From an uncultured Desulfosarcina sp. (GTDB lineage Bacteria > Desulfobacterota > Desulfobacteria > Desulfobacterales > Desulfosarcinaceae): a stretch of DNA of 64,000 bases. The translations under genes were made by a program, and so were the position numbers. Shown here one piece after another: positions 9,957-19,035 of this stretch (position 1 is the stretch's first letter; every line of letters begins with the position of its first letter). The notes beneath the pieces were generated by a model. It ran no database searches. It had not been told where the DNA came from and saw only the letters and a program-made list of their open reading frames with translations. Location of the stretch: positions 2,080,001 to 2,144,000 of the forward strand of contig CAXXWQ010000003.1 of assembly GCA_963674945.2 (NCBI GenBank), written 5' to 3'.

Positions 9957-11342
9957 TTACACAGCCTCCAAAGTGCAGGTTTTCGAAGTCTTGTTCCCGT
10001 CGATTGCGGGAAAGCGCTTTTCGATGAGATCCAGCAAGTGGGTGACATCATCGCATCTTGACATATTCTCCTGATCATCTTCCGGCAACAGACACGAACC
10101 ATTGTCTTTCCGAATGGTGAAGACCGGCTTCCCCCCGTGGATGGCCGCTTGCAGCAGCACCATGTTGCCCATGTTCATTTGATGGATGGGAAATCCACAG
10201 TCGATCACCATGTCGCATTTATCGATTCGGCTTTGGGCCTGGCCCAAAAGGTCCCCAGTGATGCATTCCAGGGCCTCTTGTGTCAGGCAGCTGGCACCGA
10301 GGGAGCGGGCCACGAAGTAGTCCAAGTCGTTGGTGTGGAGCACCCCGGTTGCGATGGCAAACCCACGCTTGGCCAACATGCGGTACACCAGGGCACCGCT
10401 GCCCATGCCGGCCACCACGAATGCCCGGCCCCGATTGCCACTGCCGCGCAGTTCGATGCTGCCCAGTTGATGATCGAAATCGGCGCCGTCGAAGTCATAG
10501 AGGGCCGCCACGGCGTGGTTTTTCAATACGGATTCGGGGGGGCCCCAGGCCGTTACTTTTCCCGACTTGATCAGGGCCACCTGATCGGCCACTTTGGCCG
10601 CCACGTCCACGTCGTGCAGGGACGCCACGACGGTGATGCCCTCGCTGCGGCACAGGTTGCGCAAAATTCCCATCACCTCCACCCGGTGTTTGAGATCCAG
10701 GTGCAAGGTGGGTTCATCCAGCAAAAGAAGTCGCGGTTGCTGGGCCAATGCCCGGGCCACCAGGGCTTTCTGGCGTTCACCATCGGAAAGGTCGCTGAAG
10801 ATTCGCGTCACCAGATTGTCGGCATGGACGGCGGAAAGTGCGTGGAGAACCACCTGTTTGTCCGCTTCGCTCAACCGCCCGAGAAAATCGGTGTGGGGGT
10901 AGCGGCCCAGGGCAACGAATTCATACACCGTGAAAAGTGGCGGCGAGATTTTTTCGGTGAGCACGACGGCCATGAATTTCGCAAGATCAAGGGAGTTCAT
11001 TGTTGACAGGGGGCTTCCCCGAAGCGTTATGCCGCCCCACAATGGCGCCAGGTGACCGGACAGGGTACGAAGCAACGTTGTCTTTCCGGCGCCGTTGGGG
11101 CCCAGCAGGGCGATGAACTGCCCGGCTGTGAATTCCAGGTTCAGGCCGCTTAAAACGACCTTGTCCTTGTAGCCGACGCTCAGGTCGCGGCAGGATAGGA
11201 TCGGTGATGCGTGATGGGTGATGGGTGATGGGTGATCAGTGAACGGTGACAGGTTATTTGAAGAATCATGATGTCTTATTTTTTTTGGTATCATGTTTGA
11301 AGACTCCATATTTTGCGTTATCGTAAACAACTTACTCATCAC
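9957..11342 (-). CDS. Fe/B12-type ABC importer ATP-binding protein with C-terminal extension
   Basis: GPNGAGKTT, LSDGERQK, LLLDEPT, LHD; start uncertain because the N-terminus contains a translated heptamer repeat. Confidence 0.88.
   Translation of the reverse strand: MMSKLFTITQNMESSNMIPKKIRHHDSSNNLSPFTDHPSPITHHASPILSCRDLSVGYKDKVVLSGLNLEFTAGQFIALLGPNGAGKTTLLRTLSGHLAPLWGGITLRGSPLSTMNSLDLAKFMAVVLTEKISPPLFTVYEFVALGRYPHTDFLGRLSEADKQVVLHALSAVHADNLVTRIFSDLSDGERQKALVARALAQQPRLLLLDEPTLHLDLKHRVEVMGILRNLCRSEGITVVASLHDVDVAAKVADQVALIKSGKVTAWGPPESVLKNHAVAALYDFDGADFDHQLGSIELRGSGNRGRAFVVAGMGSGALVYRMLAKRGFAIATGVLHTNDLDYFVARSLGASCLTQEALECITGDLLGQAQSRIDKCDMVIDCGFPIHQMNMGNMVLLQAAIHGGKPVFTIRKDNGSCLLPEDDQENMSRCDDVTHLLDLIEKRFPAIDGNKTSKTCTLEAV
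11200..11252. repeat. Heptamer array (GTGATGG)n inside the ATPase 5' end
   Basis: ggtgatgcgtgatgggtgatgggtgatgggtgatcagtgaacggtgaca. Confidence 0.75.
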
Positions 11343-11372
11343 CCATTACTGATCACTCACCACTGAAGTAAG

Positions 11373-12422
11373 TTACATCTTCACCCGACGCTTGAGCAAA
11401 AGCCCGATCACCACCGGCGCGCCGAAAAAAGCGGTGATGGCCGAAAGTGGCAATTCCACGGGCGAGAGCAGCATACGGGCGATCAGATCACACAGACTGA
11501 CGACCAGGGAGCCCAACAGGCAGGCGCCGGGAATCAGAATGCGGTTGTCCGACGTCTGGAAAATCAAACGCGCCATGTGAGGAACGGCCAGTCCCACGAA
11601 GGCCACCGGACCGGCCATGGCGGTGATCATACCGGCCAGGGCGCAGGCACAGAGCAAAATCAATACACGGAAACGGCGGATATTGACCCCCATGGAGGCG
11701 GCATAGGTCTCACCGAGAAGAAATGCGTTGAGCGGCTTACTTAAAAAATAGACAAAGGCAAGGATCAGGCCGCCGACGAGCACCAGCACACCGATTTCGC
11801 TCCATTTGAAGCCGGAAAAGCTGCCCAGCTGCCATAAAACAAAGCCCTTGATCTTCTCTTTTTCCGCCAGGGCCGTGAGGACGCTGGTTATCGCGTGGCA
11901 CAAATACCCCATCATCAGTCCCACGATCAGCAAGGTGATGCCGTTTTTCACCTTCGATGCCACGGCAATGACGATCACCATTACCCCATAGGCGCCGATG
12001 AAGGCGGCGAGGGTGGTCATAAATGGCGAGAGCACCGTCATGCCCACCGTGAGGGTGGTGAGCATGACGACGGAGACCATCACCGTGGCGCCATGGGAGA
12101 TGCCCAGAATAAAGGGACCAACGATGGGATTGCGGAAATAGACCTGCAAGAGAAGTCCCGAGGTGGCCAAAAAGGCTCCGCTAAAAATGGCGGCAATGGC
12201 CCGGGGAATACGAATTTTCCATACGATGGATCCGGCGGTGGCGTCGATATGGGGATGGACGATTGCCTGCCATACTTCAGCTGGAGAAAAAAAGACCGAT
12301 CCGATACCGATGTTGAGGAGCATCAGGACGAGGGTCAATGTTCCTATAAGGGCAAAGACGACCGATGGTCTGCGTAAAAAGATGAAATTGAACGTGGGAA
12401 CGGTTTGCCGGGCAGTGCTCAT
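11373..12422 (-). CDS. FecCD/BtuC-family ABC permease
   Basis: RIPRA, FRNPIVGPFILGISHGA, GPVAFVGLAVPH; multiple hydrophobic helices. Confidence 0.92.
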   Translation of the reverse strand: MSTARQTVPTFNFIFLRRPSVVFALIGTLTLVLMLLNIGIGSVFFSPAEVWQAIVHPHIDATAGSIVWKIRIPRAIAAIFSGAFLATSGLLLQVYFRNPIVGPFILGISHGATVMVSVVMLTTLTVGMTVLSPFMTTLAAFIGAYGVMVIVIAVASKVKNGITLLIVGLMMGYLCHAITSVLTALAEKEKIKGFVLWQLGSFSGFKWSEIGVLVLVGGLILAFVYFLSKPLNAFLLGETYAASMGVNIRRFRVLILLCACALAGMITAMAGPVAFVGLAVPHMARLIFQTSDNRILIPGACLLGSLVVSLCDLIARMLLSPVELPLSAITAFFGAPVVIGLLLKRRVKM

Positions 12423-13543
12423 GAATGTTCTCCATTTTCCACTGGATCTGTGTCGGGCAGTTCAATGAAATATCGGCGCTTGAAATCGGGATAGACCTCG
12501 GGGTGAAGAATCGCTGCGATTTCGGTGAGAATCTCGTCCAGATGATCGCCGGATTGGACGTAGTGGGGCAATGGCGAATAAACCTTTCCCGACCTGATGG
12601 GCCGGATATCGGAAAGCAACGGGTTCAGGCGTGCCAGTGCCGCCTTGGAGGTCACGCCGTTCTCTTTGGTACGGTAGGTGAAATAAATATCGGCATCCTG
12701 GCCGCTGTAGAGAAAACGTTCCACGGCGATTTCGATACAGGATGTGCCGTAGACATCGTCGAAGAGGTAATCGCTTTCGGCAAGGCCGACCAGTTCTCCC
12801 ACCCAGGCGTTGCCCGGTTCCACCAACACCCGCTTTTCATAGATATCGCCCCACATCACCTTGGGGGGCGGTCCGGCGCCCGCCGTCCGTTCCCGGATGT
12901 CGATCAGGGCCTGGTTCACCCGGTTGAAAAAGGCATCGGCTTCCTTCTCCCGTTGGAAGAAAGGTGCAAGGAACTGGACGAATCGCATGCGCGCGTTGAG
13001 ACACATGGCCGTCGGTGTGGAAGTGATGGCACATGGGATCGAAAGCTCGTCAAGCATGGGGATGACGGCATGATCCCAGGTGAGCACTATCTCCGGTTTC
13101 TGCTGCTGTAGTCGTTCGAAATCAATGCTGCTGGCGTCCCCCAGAAAGGCGATTTTTCCGGATGCCATGCCTTGTTTCACCTCTTCGATGTACCATTTGT
13201 TCTCCGGTGCCGTGACCCCCACCAGTACATCCTCGAGGACACCCAGTGCGCGCAGGGTGGCCACATCGAAATAGCCGTAAGCGACGATTCGTTTCACAGG
13301 CGTTCTTACCAGTCGCGAAGGCGTCACATCCACGGGCGCCGAAACATCCCGTGGAACCAGAACAAGTGTTCTTCCTGCGCCGTCGCGCACCTCGGTTCGC
13401 TGGGGAGAAATGCGGTTGACGGTGAATTCGCCAACTTGAATGAACGACCCCATCTTTTCACTACTTTTGGAGGTGCAGGCGCAAATGAGCACGGTAGTCA
13501 AGAAAATCACGATGTGTAGCATTATTTTGGATTGTTGATGCAT
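12419..13543 (-). CDS. Fe/B12-type ABC substrate-binding protein (probable lipoprotein)
   Basis: N-terminal hydrophobic stretch ending ICAC, DGAGRTL...PVKRIV, DFERL..KPEIVL; adjacent to permease and ATPase. Confidence 0.8.
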   Translation of the reverse strand: MHQQSKIMLHIVIFLTTVLICACTSKSSEKMGSFIQVGEFTVNRISPQRTEVRDGAGRTLVLVPRDVSAPVDVTPSRLVRTPVKRIVAYGYFDVATLRALGVLEDVLVGVTAPENKWYIEEVKQGMASGKIAFLGDASSIDFERLQQQKPEIVLTWDHAVIPMLDELSIPCAITSTPTAMCLNARMRFVQFLAPFFQREKEADAFFNRVNQALIDIRERTAGAGPPPKVMWGDIYEKRVLVEPGNAWVGELVGLAESDYLFDDVYGTSCIEIAVERFLYSGQDADIYFTYRTKENGVTSKAALARLNPLLSDIRPIRSGKVYSPLPHYVQSGDHLDEILTEIAAILHPEVYPDFKRRYFIELPDTDPVENGEHS

Positions 13544-13570
13544 GGTTCCTCTTCCTTCACCGGATGCAGT

Positions 13571-14464
13571 TCATGGTTCACGGTTCACAGTTCGAGGTTC
13601 ATAATTTACAGGTTGAAGTTCATTGTTTACCGTGTCAATGTATAATGAAATCTTACGATTATCCGGTTTTCGATAAATCGCCCATTCGGTCAGGTACATG
13701 ACCAGACCGATGGTAAACAAAAGCAGCCCGGCCAGATAGAGTCCCACCCCCGGGTCCTTGCGGACGATCAGGTCGACGCGCTCCCGGCGATTCATGCCGC
13801 CCTCTTTCATTTTCGGCTCGAAATCCTTGAGAAAGATCCCATATCCCTTGCACCGCAGCGGTCGCATACACCCCAAAACGACGGATCTTCGATGCTCGCC
13901 ATCTGATATCAACAACTTCGCCCGGGGTCGCAATACCCGCTTTTCGAATGCGGGCAGGCGGTCTGTTTGGTAGTATACAGAATCCAATTGGATGAGTGTT
14001 ATCCTGGTGTTCGTGCCGGGAAGTGCAAAAGGGACGCCGGGAATCAACGTTCGGGTGTCGAGCACCTGTGCGAAGAGATAGCTGCACAGGTAGCCGACCA
14101 AGATGACGATCATGGCGTAATGCATGATGTGGGGGGCAAATTTGAAGATCAGCCGCCGGCGGCTAAAGTTCGCCCGTTTGGCCATGAGAGAAACAACACG
14201 ATCCGTGGTGCAAATGAAAGTGTTGATGCAAAGCAGGGCCAAAAGGATCAACAATATGAAAAACCATAAGGTGTGGGCCAGGTTGCTTACACCATAGGTT
14301 TTAATCCATGGTCCAAGACCGATGTCGTTCAATGGGGAAAAAAGGAAAGTGCGGCGATTCAGGCAGATGTACCCAACGGTCAAATCGGCTGTGAGCAACA
14401 GGCAAAGTACCACCGTAAGATGGATGCTGCCGAGTTTATGCCATACAAACGAGAAAAATTTCAT
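13571..14464 (-). CDS. ResB/CcsB-like membrane protein (short)
   Basis: WFFILLILLAL..NTFICT, HYAMIVILVG (TM His), PLRCKGYGIFL, RKDPGVGL C-terminal TM; start set at MKFFSF. Confidence 0.7.
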   Translation of the reverse strand: MKFFSFVWHKLGSIHLTVVLCLLLTADLTVGYICLNRRTFLFSPLNDIGLGPWIKTYGVSNLAHTLWFFILLILLALLCINTFICTTDRVVSLMAKRANFSRRRLIFKFAPHIMHYAMIVILVGYLCSYLFAQVLDTRTLIPGVPFALPGTNTRITLIQLDSVYYQTDRLPAFEKRVLRPRAKLLISDGEHRRSVVLGCMRPLRCKGYGIFLKDFEPKMKEGGMNRRERVDLIVRKDPGVGLYLAGLLLFTIGLVMYLTEWAIYRKPDNRKISLYIDTVNNELQPVNYEPRTVNREP

Positions 14465-14474
14465 GATTTTCAAT

Positions 14475-15320
14475 TTACAGTGGCCAACGCAACGGCCCCA
14501 GCTCCGGAACACAGTTCAACCCCAGGACCACAAGCGCACCGGCGGCGGCATACAGGCTTCGCGCGCGGGTGGACCAGGTCCCGGTCAGATGAAGGTGAAG
14601 CAGACAAATATAAAAAAACCACGTGGCCATTGTCGTGGTAATGGCCGGGTCATCCCAAACCACCGGTGTCCCCCATCCCAGGTAGGACCACAACTCTCCG
14701 GCGAACATGGAAAGCGTTAAAAAGGCAAAGCCCCAGATGGCCCAGTGCATGGTGCGAGAAGAGGGGGAGGAGGCGTTCGATGGACGATGGACGAGGGATG
14801 AGGGACGATTCGTGGGCCGTCGGTTTCGTCCCTCATCCCTCGTCTTTCTTCCTTCGTTTTCGCTTTTCTCTATCAATCCTGCCATGGCCCAGGCGGCGGA
14901 AAAAAGAAAACACCCCCTGCCTGCCACGCCAAACCGGAAGAAAAGATGAGCCCAGACGGTTTGTGATTTGATGAACGGAATGTAGTAGTTCTTGGGGAAC
15001 AGCACTCCAGCAAGGGCAATGACGACAATCCACGTCAAGATGATACGCAGCGGACACGAACCATTTTTACATGGATACCCGATCGCGAAGGCCACTGTCC
15101 CCATGAAAACTGGCAGTGCCTGGACACCCGCGTACATGGGCAGCATGGGCCAGGCGATCCAATATCGCCCGATTAGGGCAGTTGCGTTGGCCAAGAGGGC
15201 GAAAACGAGAAAAAAGAGAAGCGTCCGCGGACGCCGGGAAAACCAGATGGCGGACACAAGGCTCAGTATATAGAGTCCTGTGGCGATTTTGAAAAGCTGC
15301 TGTGTGTCGGTCAAGGTCAT
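14475..15320 (-). CDS. CcsA/ResC-like cytochrome c assembly family membrane protein with degenerate WWD motif
   Basis: GELWSYLGWGTPVVWDD, WFFYICLLHLH, WAHLFF; start set at MTLTDT. Confidence 0.75.
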   Translation of the reverse strand: MTLTDTQQLFKIATGLYILSLVSAIWFSRRPRTLLFFLVFALLANATALIGRYWIAWPMLPMYAGVQALPVFMGTVAFAIGYPCKNGSCPLRIILTWIVVIALAGVLFPKNYYIPFIKSQTVWAHLFFRFGVAGRGCFLFSAAWAMAGLIEKSENEGRKTRDEGRNRRPTNRPSSLVHRPSNASSPSSRTMHWAIWGFAFLTLSMFAGELWSYLGWGTPVVWDDPAITTTMATWFFYICLLHLHLTGTWSTRARSLYAAAGALVVLGLNCVPELGPLRWPL

Positions 15321-15340
15321 CGCTCTTTTCCCATTTTTCT

Positions 15341-15370
15341 CAAAAAAAAGCCCCTGACAGGGGCTTGGCA
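15341..15370 (-). terminator. Intrinsic terminator in riboswitch leader
   Basis: Minus strand AAGCCCCTGTCAGGGGCTTTTTTTT upstream of the ccsA-like gene. Confidence 0.7.
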
Positions 15371-15529
15371 GCATCACGATGGTGGGAAGTGGGCAAGGCA
15401 GTCGTTTGCGCTACCATGACCGGTTCATCGAGTGCGACCGAATCCTCGTCAGTCTCACCTAAGTTGAGCGATTCAGCACTTTGAGAAAATTTGAAACGCT
15501 CAGTTTAGGTCTCATTCACTCCTCATGCA

Positions 15530-15700
15530 TTCGGCAGGTCTTCTGGCTTCGCCGCTTCCTTGGACAGCCTTCCCATCCCAAGATCATCGGGACAGTGGCA
15601 ATGTTGCCCTGGAAAAACTCCTCTTCATTTATGAAAAGGCGGCGTTACAGCGTCGGGTACGCTCCCGATTCTCACGGGATTCCCTATTATCACCAAGTAT
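15530..15700 (-). promoter_or_regulatory. Cobalamin riboswitch 1
   Basis: Minus strand AATAGGGAATCCCGTGAGAATCGGGAG..GCTGTAA..GCCACTG..GGGAAGGC..AGCCAGAAGACCTGCC (B12 box). Confidence 0.9.
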
Positions 15701-15759
15701 TACAGGTCTTGGCGGCCGAGCGCATTGGGGGATATTTTGTTATTTTGCTCCTTGTTTTT

Positions 15760-15850
15760 TAGTTCACGGTTCTCAGTTCTCGGTTCAAAGTTCTCGGTTC
15801 ACTGTTATCCGGTTACGGTATTGAACTGTGAACTGAGAACCGTGAACTTT
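15760..15850. repeat. Inverted heptamer arrays (hairpin-forming) downstream of the TPR gene
   Basis: agttcacggttctcagttc ... gaactgagaaccgtgaact are reverse complements. Confidence 0.8.
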
Positions 15851-17211
15851 TACTGATTACCGATGTTTCCCACTGTTGCTTGGGATAACATCGCCAATTG
15901 CTTAAGGGCCGTATTGGCAGCCTCACGCTGGCGTTGATGGCAGGCCGCCTCGGTAAAAGCTTTTTTACTGGTTGTGAGATCATTCATCTGCCAGGCGGCA
16001 TATCCGGCCATGAGCCAGGCCCTGCCGACGTGACGGCCTTTTTTTCGGGCGGCTTTTTCATAGGCGTCGACCGCCTGGCCGTATTGTTTCAGGCTGTAAT
16101 ACAGCTCTCCCTTGAGCAGCATGATGTCAGCATCGTCAGCTTCCGGCTCCATTTCATCAATTGCCGCAAGGGCCGTCTCGGGCTTGCCCAGTTGCCGATA
16201 GGCCATGGCCAGTTGCTCCAGGATCTGCTTGTCGTGATTTTCCCGAAGACAGTTTTCATACAGGGGTGCGGCTTTTACGGGGACGTTGAGCTGCAGATTG
16301 AGATCGGCCAGGAGTCTTTTCTCATCCAATGAAAGTGGGGTGATAAATGCATAGATGGTCATTGCCATCAATGCGTCCTCATACCGTTCGGCGTTCAACT
16401 GGATGTGGGTCAGTGCTTTCCACCATTTGGCAAAAGTGGGGGTTTGCCGGGTCAACGTATGCGCCAGATCCAGGGCCTTGTCCTGCATGTTCAACTGCAT
16501 GTATTGCTGAAGCAGTATCTCCTGCCATTGGATCTGTTTGTCACCCGTGTAGGCCTGTGCGAGTTCCTGGACGAAGGGCAGGGCACGCCGGGGTTGGTCC
16601 GCTGCGAGCAAGGCATGGACCATGTGCTCCTTCCATTCCAATTTGACGGCATCCGGATGAAGGGCAAACAAATTTTCGAAGATGTCGATGGCCCTGAGAT
16701 TGTCTTCTGCCATCAGATAGGCGGCCGCGCTGTAGTAGAGATACTCCGGATTTTTCTCCGTCGATGTTTCATACCCTTTTCCGAAACATCGACCGGCTTC
16801 GGTAAAGTGATCCAATTCATAGTGCGCTTTGGCTAGGTTCAGCCAGGCATAGCTGTGGGTGTTATCACGCTTGACGGCGTTTTCATACGCCGCTATGGCC
16901 GGTTCGTGCTGCTCTTGGAGAAGGTAGCAGTTGCCCATGCAAAAATAGATCTCCGCGTGTTGGTATCCCTTGGGGTCGGCCTTGCCGGGATCCAGGGAGG
17001 AGCCGCTACGGGCCGAAAACGCCTGAAGCGTATCGATGGCCTTTTGATACTCCCTGTTTTGCATCATGGGACCGACCTTGGCGAGAACCACCTGTACGGG
17101 CAGGGGAAGGCTCTTGCTAGTAAAGCTTTTCCCCGCGAACCCATTTGTCGGGGTAAGAAACAATATCAGCATAAAGCCGATCAGCAGCCTATAAATTCGA
17201 ATTGTTGCCAT
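15850..17211 (-). CDS. Exported tetratricopeptide-repeat protein of the TonB system
   Basis: Signal peptide, repeated TPR-like helices; last gene of the DUF3450-exbB-exbB-exbD-tonB cluster. Confidence 0.85.
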   Translation of the reverse strand: MATIRIYRLLIGFMLILFLTPTNGFAGKSFTSKSLPLPVQVVLAKVGPMMQNREYQKAIDTLQAFSARSGSSLDPGKADPKGYQHAEIYFCMGNCYLLQEQHEPAIAAYENAVKRDNTHSYAWLNLAKAHYELDHFTEAGRCFGKGYETSTEKNPEYLYYSAAAYLMAEDNLRAIDIFENLFALHPDAVKLEWKEHMVHALLAADQPRRALPFVQELAQAYTGDKQIQWQEILLQQYMQLNMQDKALDLAHTLTRQTPTFAKWWKALTHIQLNAERYEDALMAMTIYAFITPLSLDEKRLLADLNLQLNVPVKAAPLYENCLRENHDKQILEQLAMAYRQLGKPETALAAIDEMEPEADDADIMLLKGELYYSLKQYGQAVDAYEKAARKKGRHVGRAWLMAGYAAWQMNDLTTSKKAFTEAACHQRQREAANTALKQLAMLSQATVGNIGNQ

Positions 17212-17213
17212 GG

Positions 17214-17918
17214 CTACTCCAATTCAAAACGAATTACGGTTTCCACCTGGGTCTTGACCGGGGTGCCGCCGACGGTTCCGGGTTTAAAGCGCCAGGCGCG
17301 AACACACCGATCGACGCTCCTGTCGAACAGGTTCTCCGGATCGGCTTCCAGGATGGAAACATTTCCCACTTCGCCGTTTTCGTCCACGATAAAAGAGACT
17401 TTGACCCATCCTTCGATGCCGCGACGGCGGGCCTGAATGGGGTACACCGGTGGAATGCGCGTCAGGGTCGTCAGGGGGCCGTCCAAATCTCCCATGGAAA
17501 ACGCGCCTTGCAATGCCGTCATGTCTACCATGGGGGCGCTTTCCAGCGGTGGCAGCACCAGGCTGTTGGGACCTGTCGGAAGGCGCGGATTGACCTTGAA
17601 GGGCAGTGTCAGCTTCTTTTGCAGTGGTTGATTCGGTGCCGCCTTGGGCCGGTGGACCGGTTTCTTCTCTGGCGGTTTCGGCGGCTTGGGCGGCTTTCGC
17701 CGAACATCCGAATCCGGCCGCTTCATGCGAATGACATTCACCTGGGGAACGAGGGTCTCCACGATGGGTCGGGAGGGTTCCTGATCCACGAGTCGGGGCA
17801 TCACCCAGAACAACGCCAGGTTCAACGTGGCGGCCACCAGCGCCGACCACAGCCAGGTGGTCCAGGTGCGCCGGGACAAAGCGTTGAAGTAATTGTCGGG
17901 TGTCGATGATGACGTCAT
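17214..17918 (-). CDS. tonB: Energy transducer TonB
   Basis: TM anchor, Pro/Lys-rich linker, PVYPIQARRRGIEGWV..F, WRFKPG; start set at MTSSST. Confidence 0.9.
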   Translation of the reverse strand: MTSSSTPDNYFNALSRRTWTTWLWSALVAATLNLALFWVMPRLVDQEPSRPIVETLVPQVNVIRMKRPDSDVRRKPPKPPKPPEKKPVHRPKAAPNQPLQKKLTLPFKVNPRLPTGPNSLVLPPLESAPMVDMTALQGAFSMGDLDGPLTTLTRIPPVYPIQARRRGIEGWVKVSFIVDENGEVGNVSILEADPENLFDRSVDRCVRAWRFKPGTVGGTPVKTQVETVIRFELE

Positions 17919-17928
17919 TGTTTTCTCA

Positions 17929-18345
17929 TCATTCCTGTGGCACGCTGGCCGCCAGGGAGACGTTGTTCGCACCTGCCATGCGGCAACCATCCATTACCTG
18001 GATGGCCGTGCCGGTACTGCTGGCCTTGTCGGCCACCACCACCACGGCGCCTTCCGGGTTCTCGGCCAGGGCGCGTTCCACGTTGGCCCGAACGGCCCTG
18101 GGGTCGATCTCCCGGTGGTCCATGAAGATCCGGTCATTCCCATCGATGGCGATGAGGATCGTAGCCTTGTTTTGCACCACCGCCGTCGATGCCGTGGGTC
18201 GACTCACATCGATGCCGGTCTCCTTTACGAAACTGGTGTTGACCAGAAAGAAAATCAGCAGGATGAAGACCATGTCGATAAGCGGGGCGATATTGAGTTC
18301 CGTTGTCCCGCGATTCTTTCGTCGCGCAGCGGATATATTTAACAT
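17929..18345 (-). CDS. exbD: Biopolymer transporter ExbD
   Basis: NIAPLIDMVFILLIFFLV with the conserved Asp. Confidence 0.93.
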   Translation of the reverse strand: MLNISAARRKNRGTTELNIAPLIDMVFILLIFFLVNTSFVKETGIDVSRPTASTAVVQNKATILIAIDGNDRIFMDHREIDPRAVRANVERALAENPEGAVVVVADKASSTGTAIQVMDGCRMAGANNVSLAASVPQE

Positions 18346-18420
18346 GGTTCTCCGTTCTCCGTTCTTGGTTTTCGGTTCTCCGTTTTGAACTGTGAACTGT
18401 GAACCGAGAACCGTGAACTT
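18346..18420. repeat. Inverted heptamer arrays between exbB and exbD
   Basis: gttctccgttctccgttcttggttttcggttctcc / gaactgtgaactgtgaaccgagaaccgtgaac. Confidence 0.8.
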
Positions 18421-18423
18421 TTA

Positions 18424-19035
18424 TTAAATCTGTCTTCTCAAATAATACCCCGCCCTGGCTACCCGCTGCATAAGGTTTCGTGCGCGCCGATCCAAAAACC
18501 CCTTCATGTACAGGCCGGGAATGGCAACCAAGAGGCCGGTCTGGGTGGTGATCAGGGCTTCGCTGATGCCACCGGCCATGCCTTTGGCGTTTCCCGTGCC
18601 GAATACGGACAGGATGTCGAAGGTGCCGATCATGCCCGTGACCGTACCCAGAAGGCCCAGCAGCGGGGCAACGGCGGCCAGTACGCCGATCACGGCCAGA
18701 TGGTCGGAGAGTGAACGGTTGATGGTTAATACGGTCTCGTCCAGGATGAATCGATTCAGTTTTGGATCGCTGCTTCGCCGCTGGAGAAAACGGGCCACCA
18801 GCAAAGAGACGACGCCGCGATATTGATCCGGGTCCGGCAGCCGGTTGTCCCGAACGTGGGACAGGGCCTCTTTCAAAGGCATGTTTTTGCGATGCAGCCG
18901 CCTGAAAAACAAGGCGCGTTCCACGATCAGCAGCCACATGGCAAGGCTCACCAGCACCAGCGGCACCATGGCCACGCCGCCGGCGGCAATATACGCCTCG
19001 AGGCGCAAGTAGGATGAGGACATCAGGTCGATCAC
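18424..19035 (-). CDS. exbB: MotA/TolQ/ExbB proton channel protein
   Basis: APLLGLLGTVTGMI, GISEALITTQTGL. Confidence 0.92.
   Translation of the reverse strand: MIDLMSSSYLRLEAYIAAGGVAMVPLVLVSLAMWLLIVERALFFRRLHRKNMPLKEALSHVRDNRLPDPDQYRGVVSLLVARFLQRRSSDPKLNRFILDETVLTINRSLSDHLAVIGVLAAVAPLLGLLGTVTGMIGTFDILSVFGTGNAKGMAGGISEALITTQTGLLVAIPGLYMKGFLDRRARNLMQRVARAGYYLRRQI

Noticed and set aside
18134..18937. 267 aa same-strand alternative-frame ORF
   Set aside because: It overlaps exbB and exbD and reads through a heptamer array; no protein-like features.
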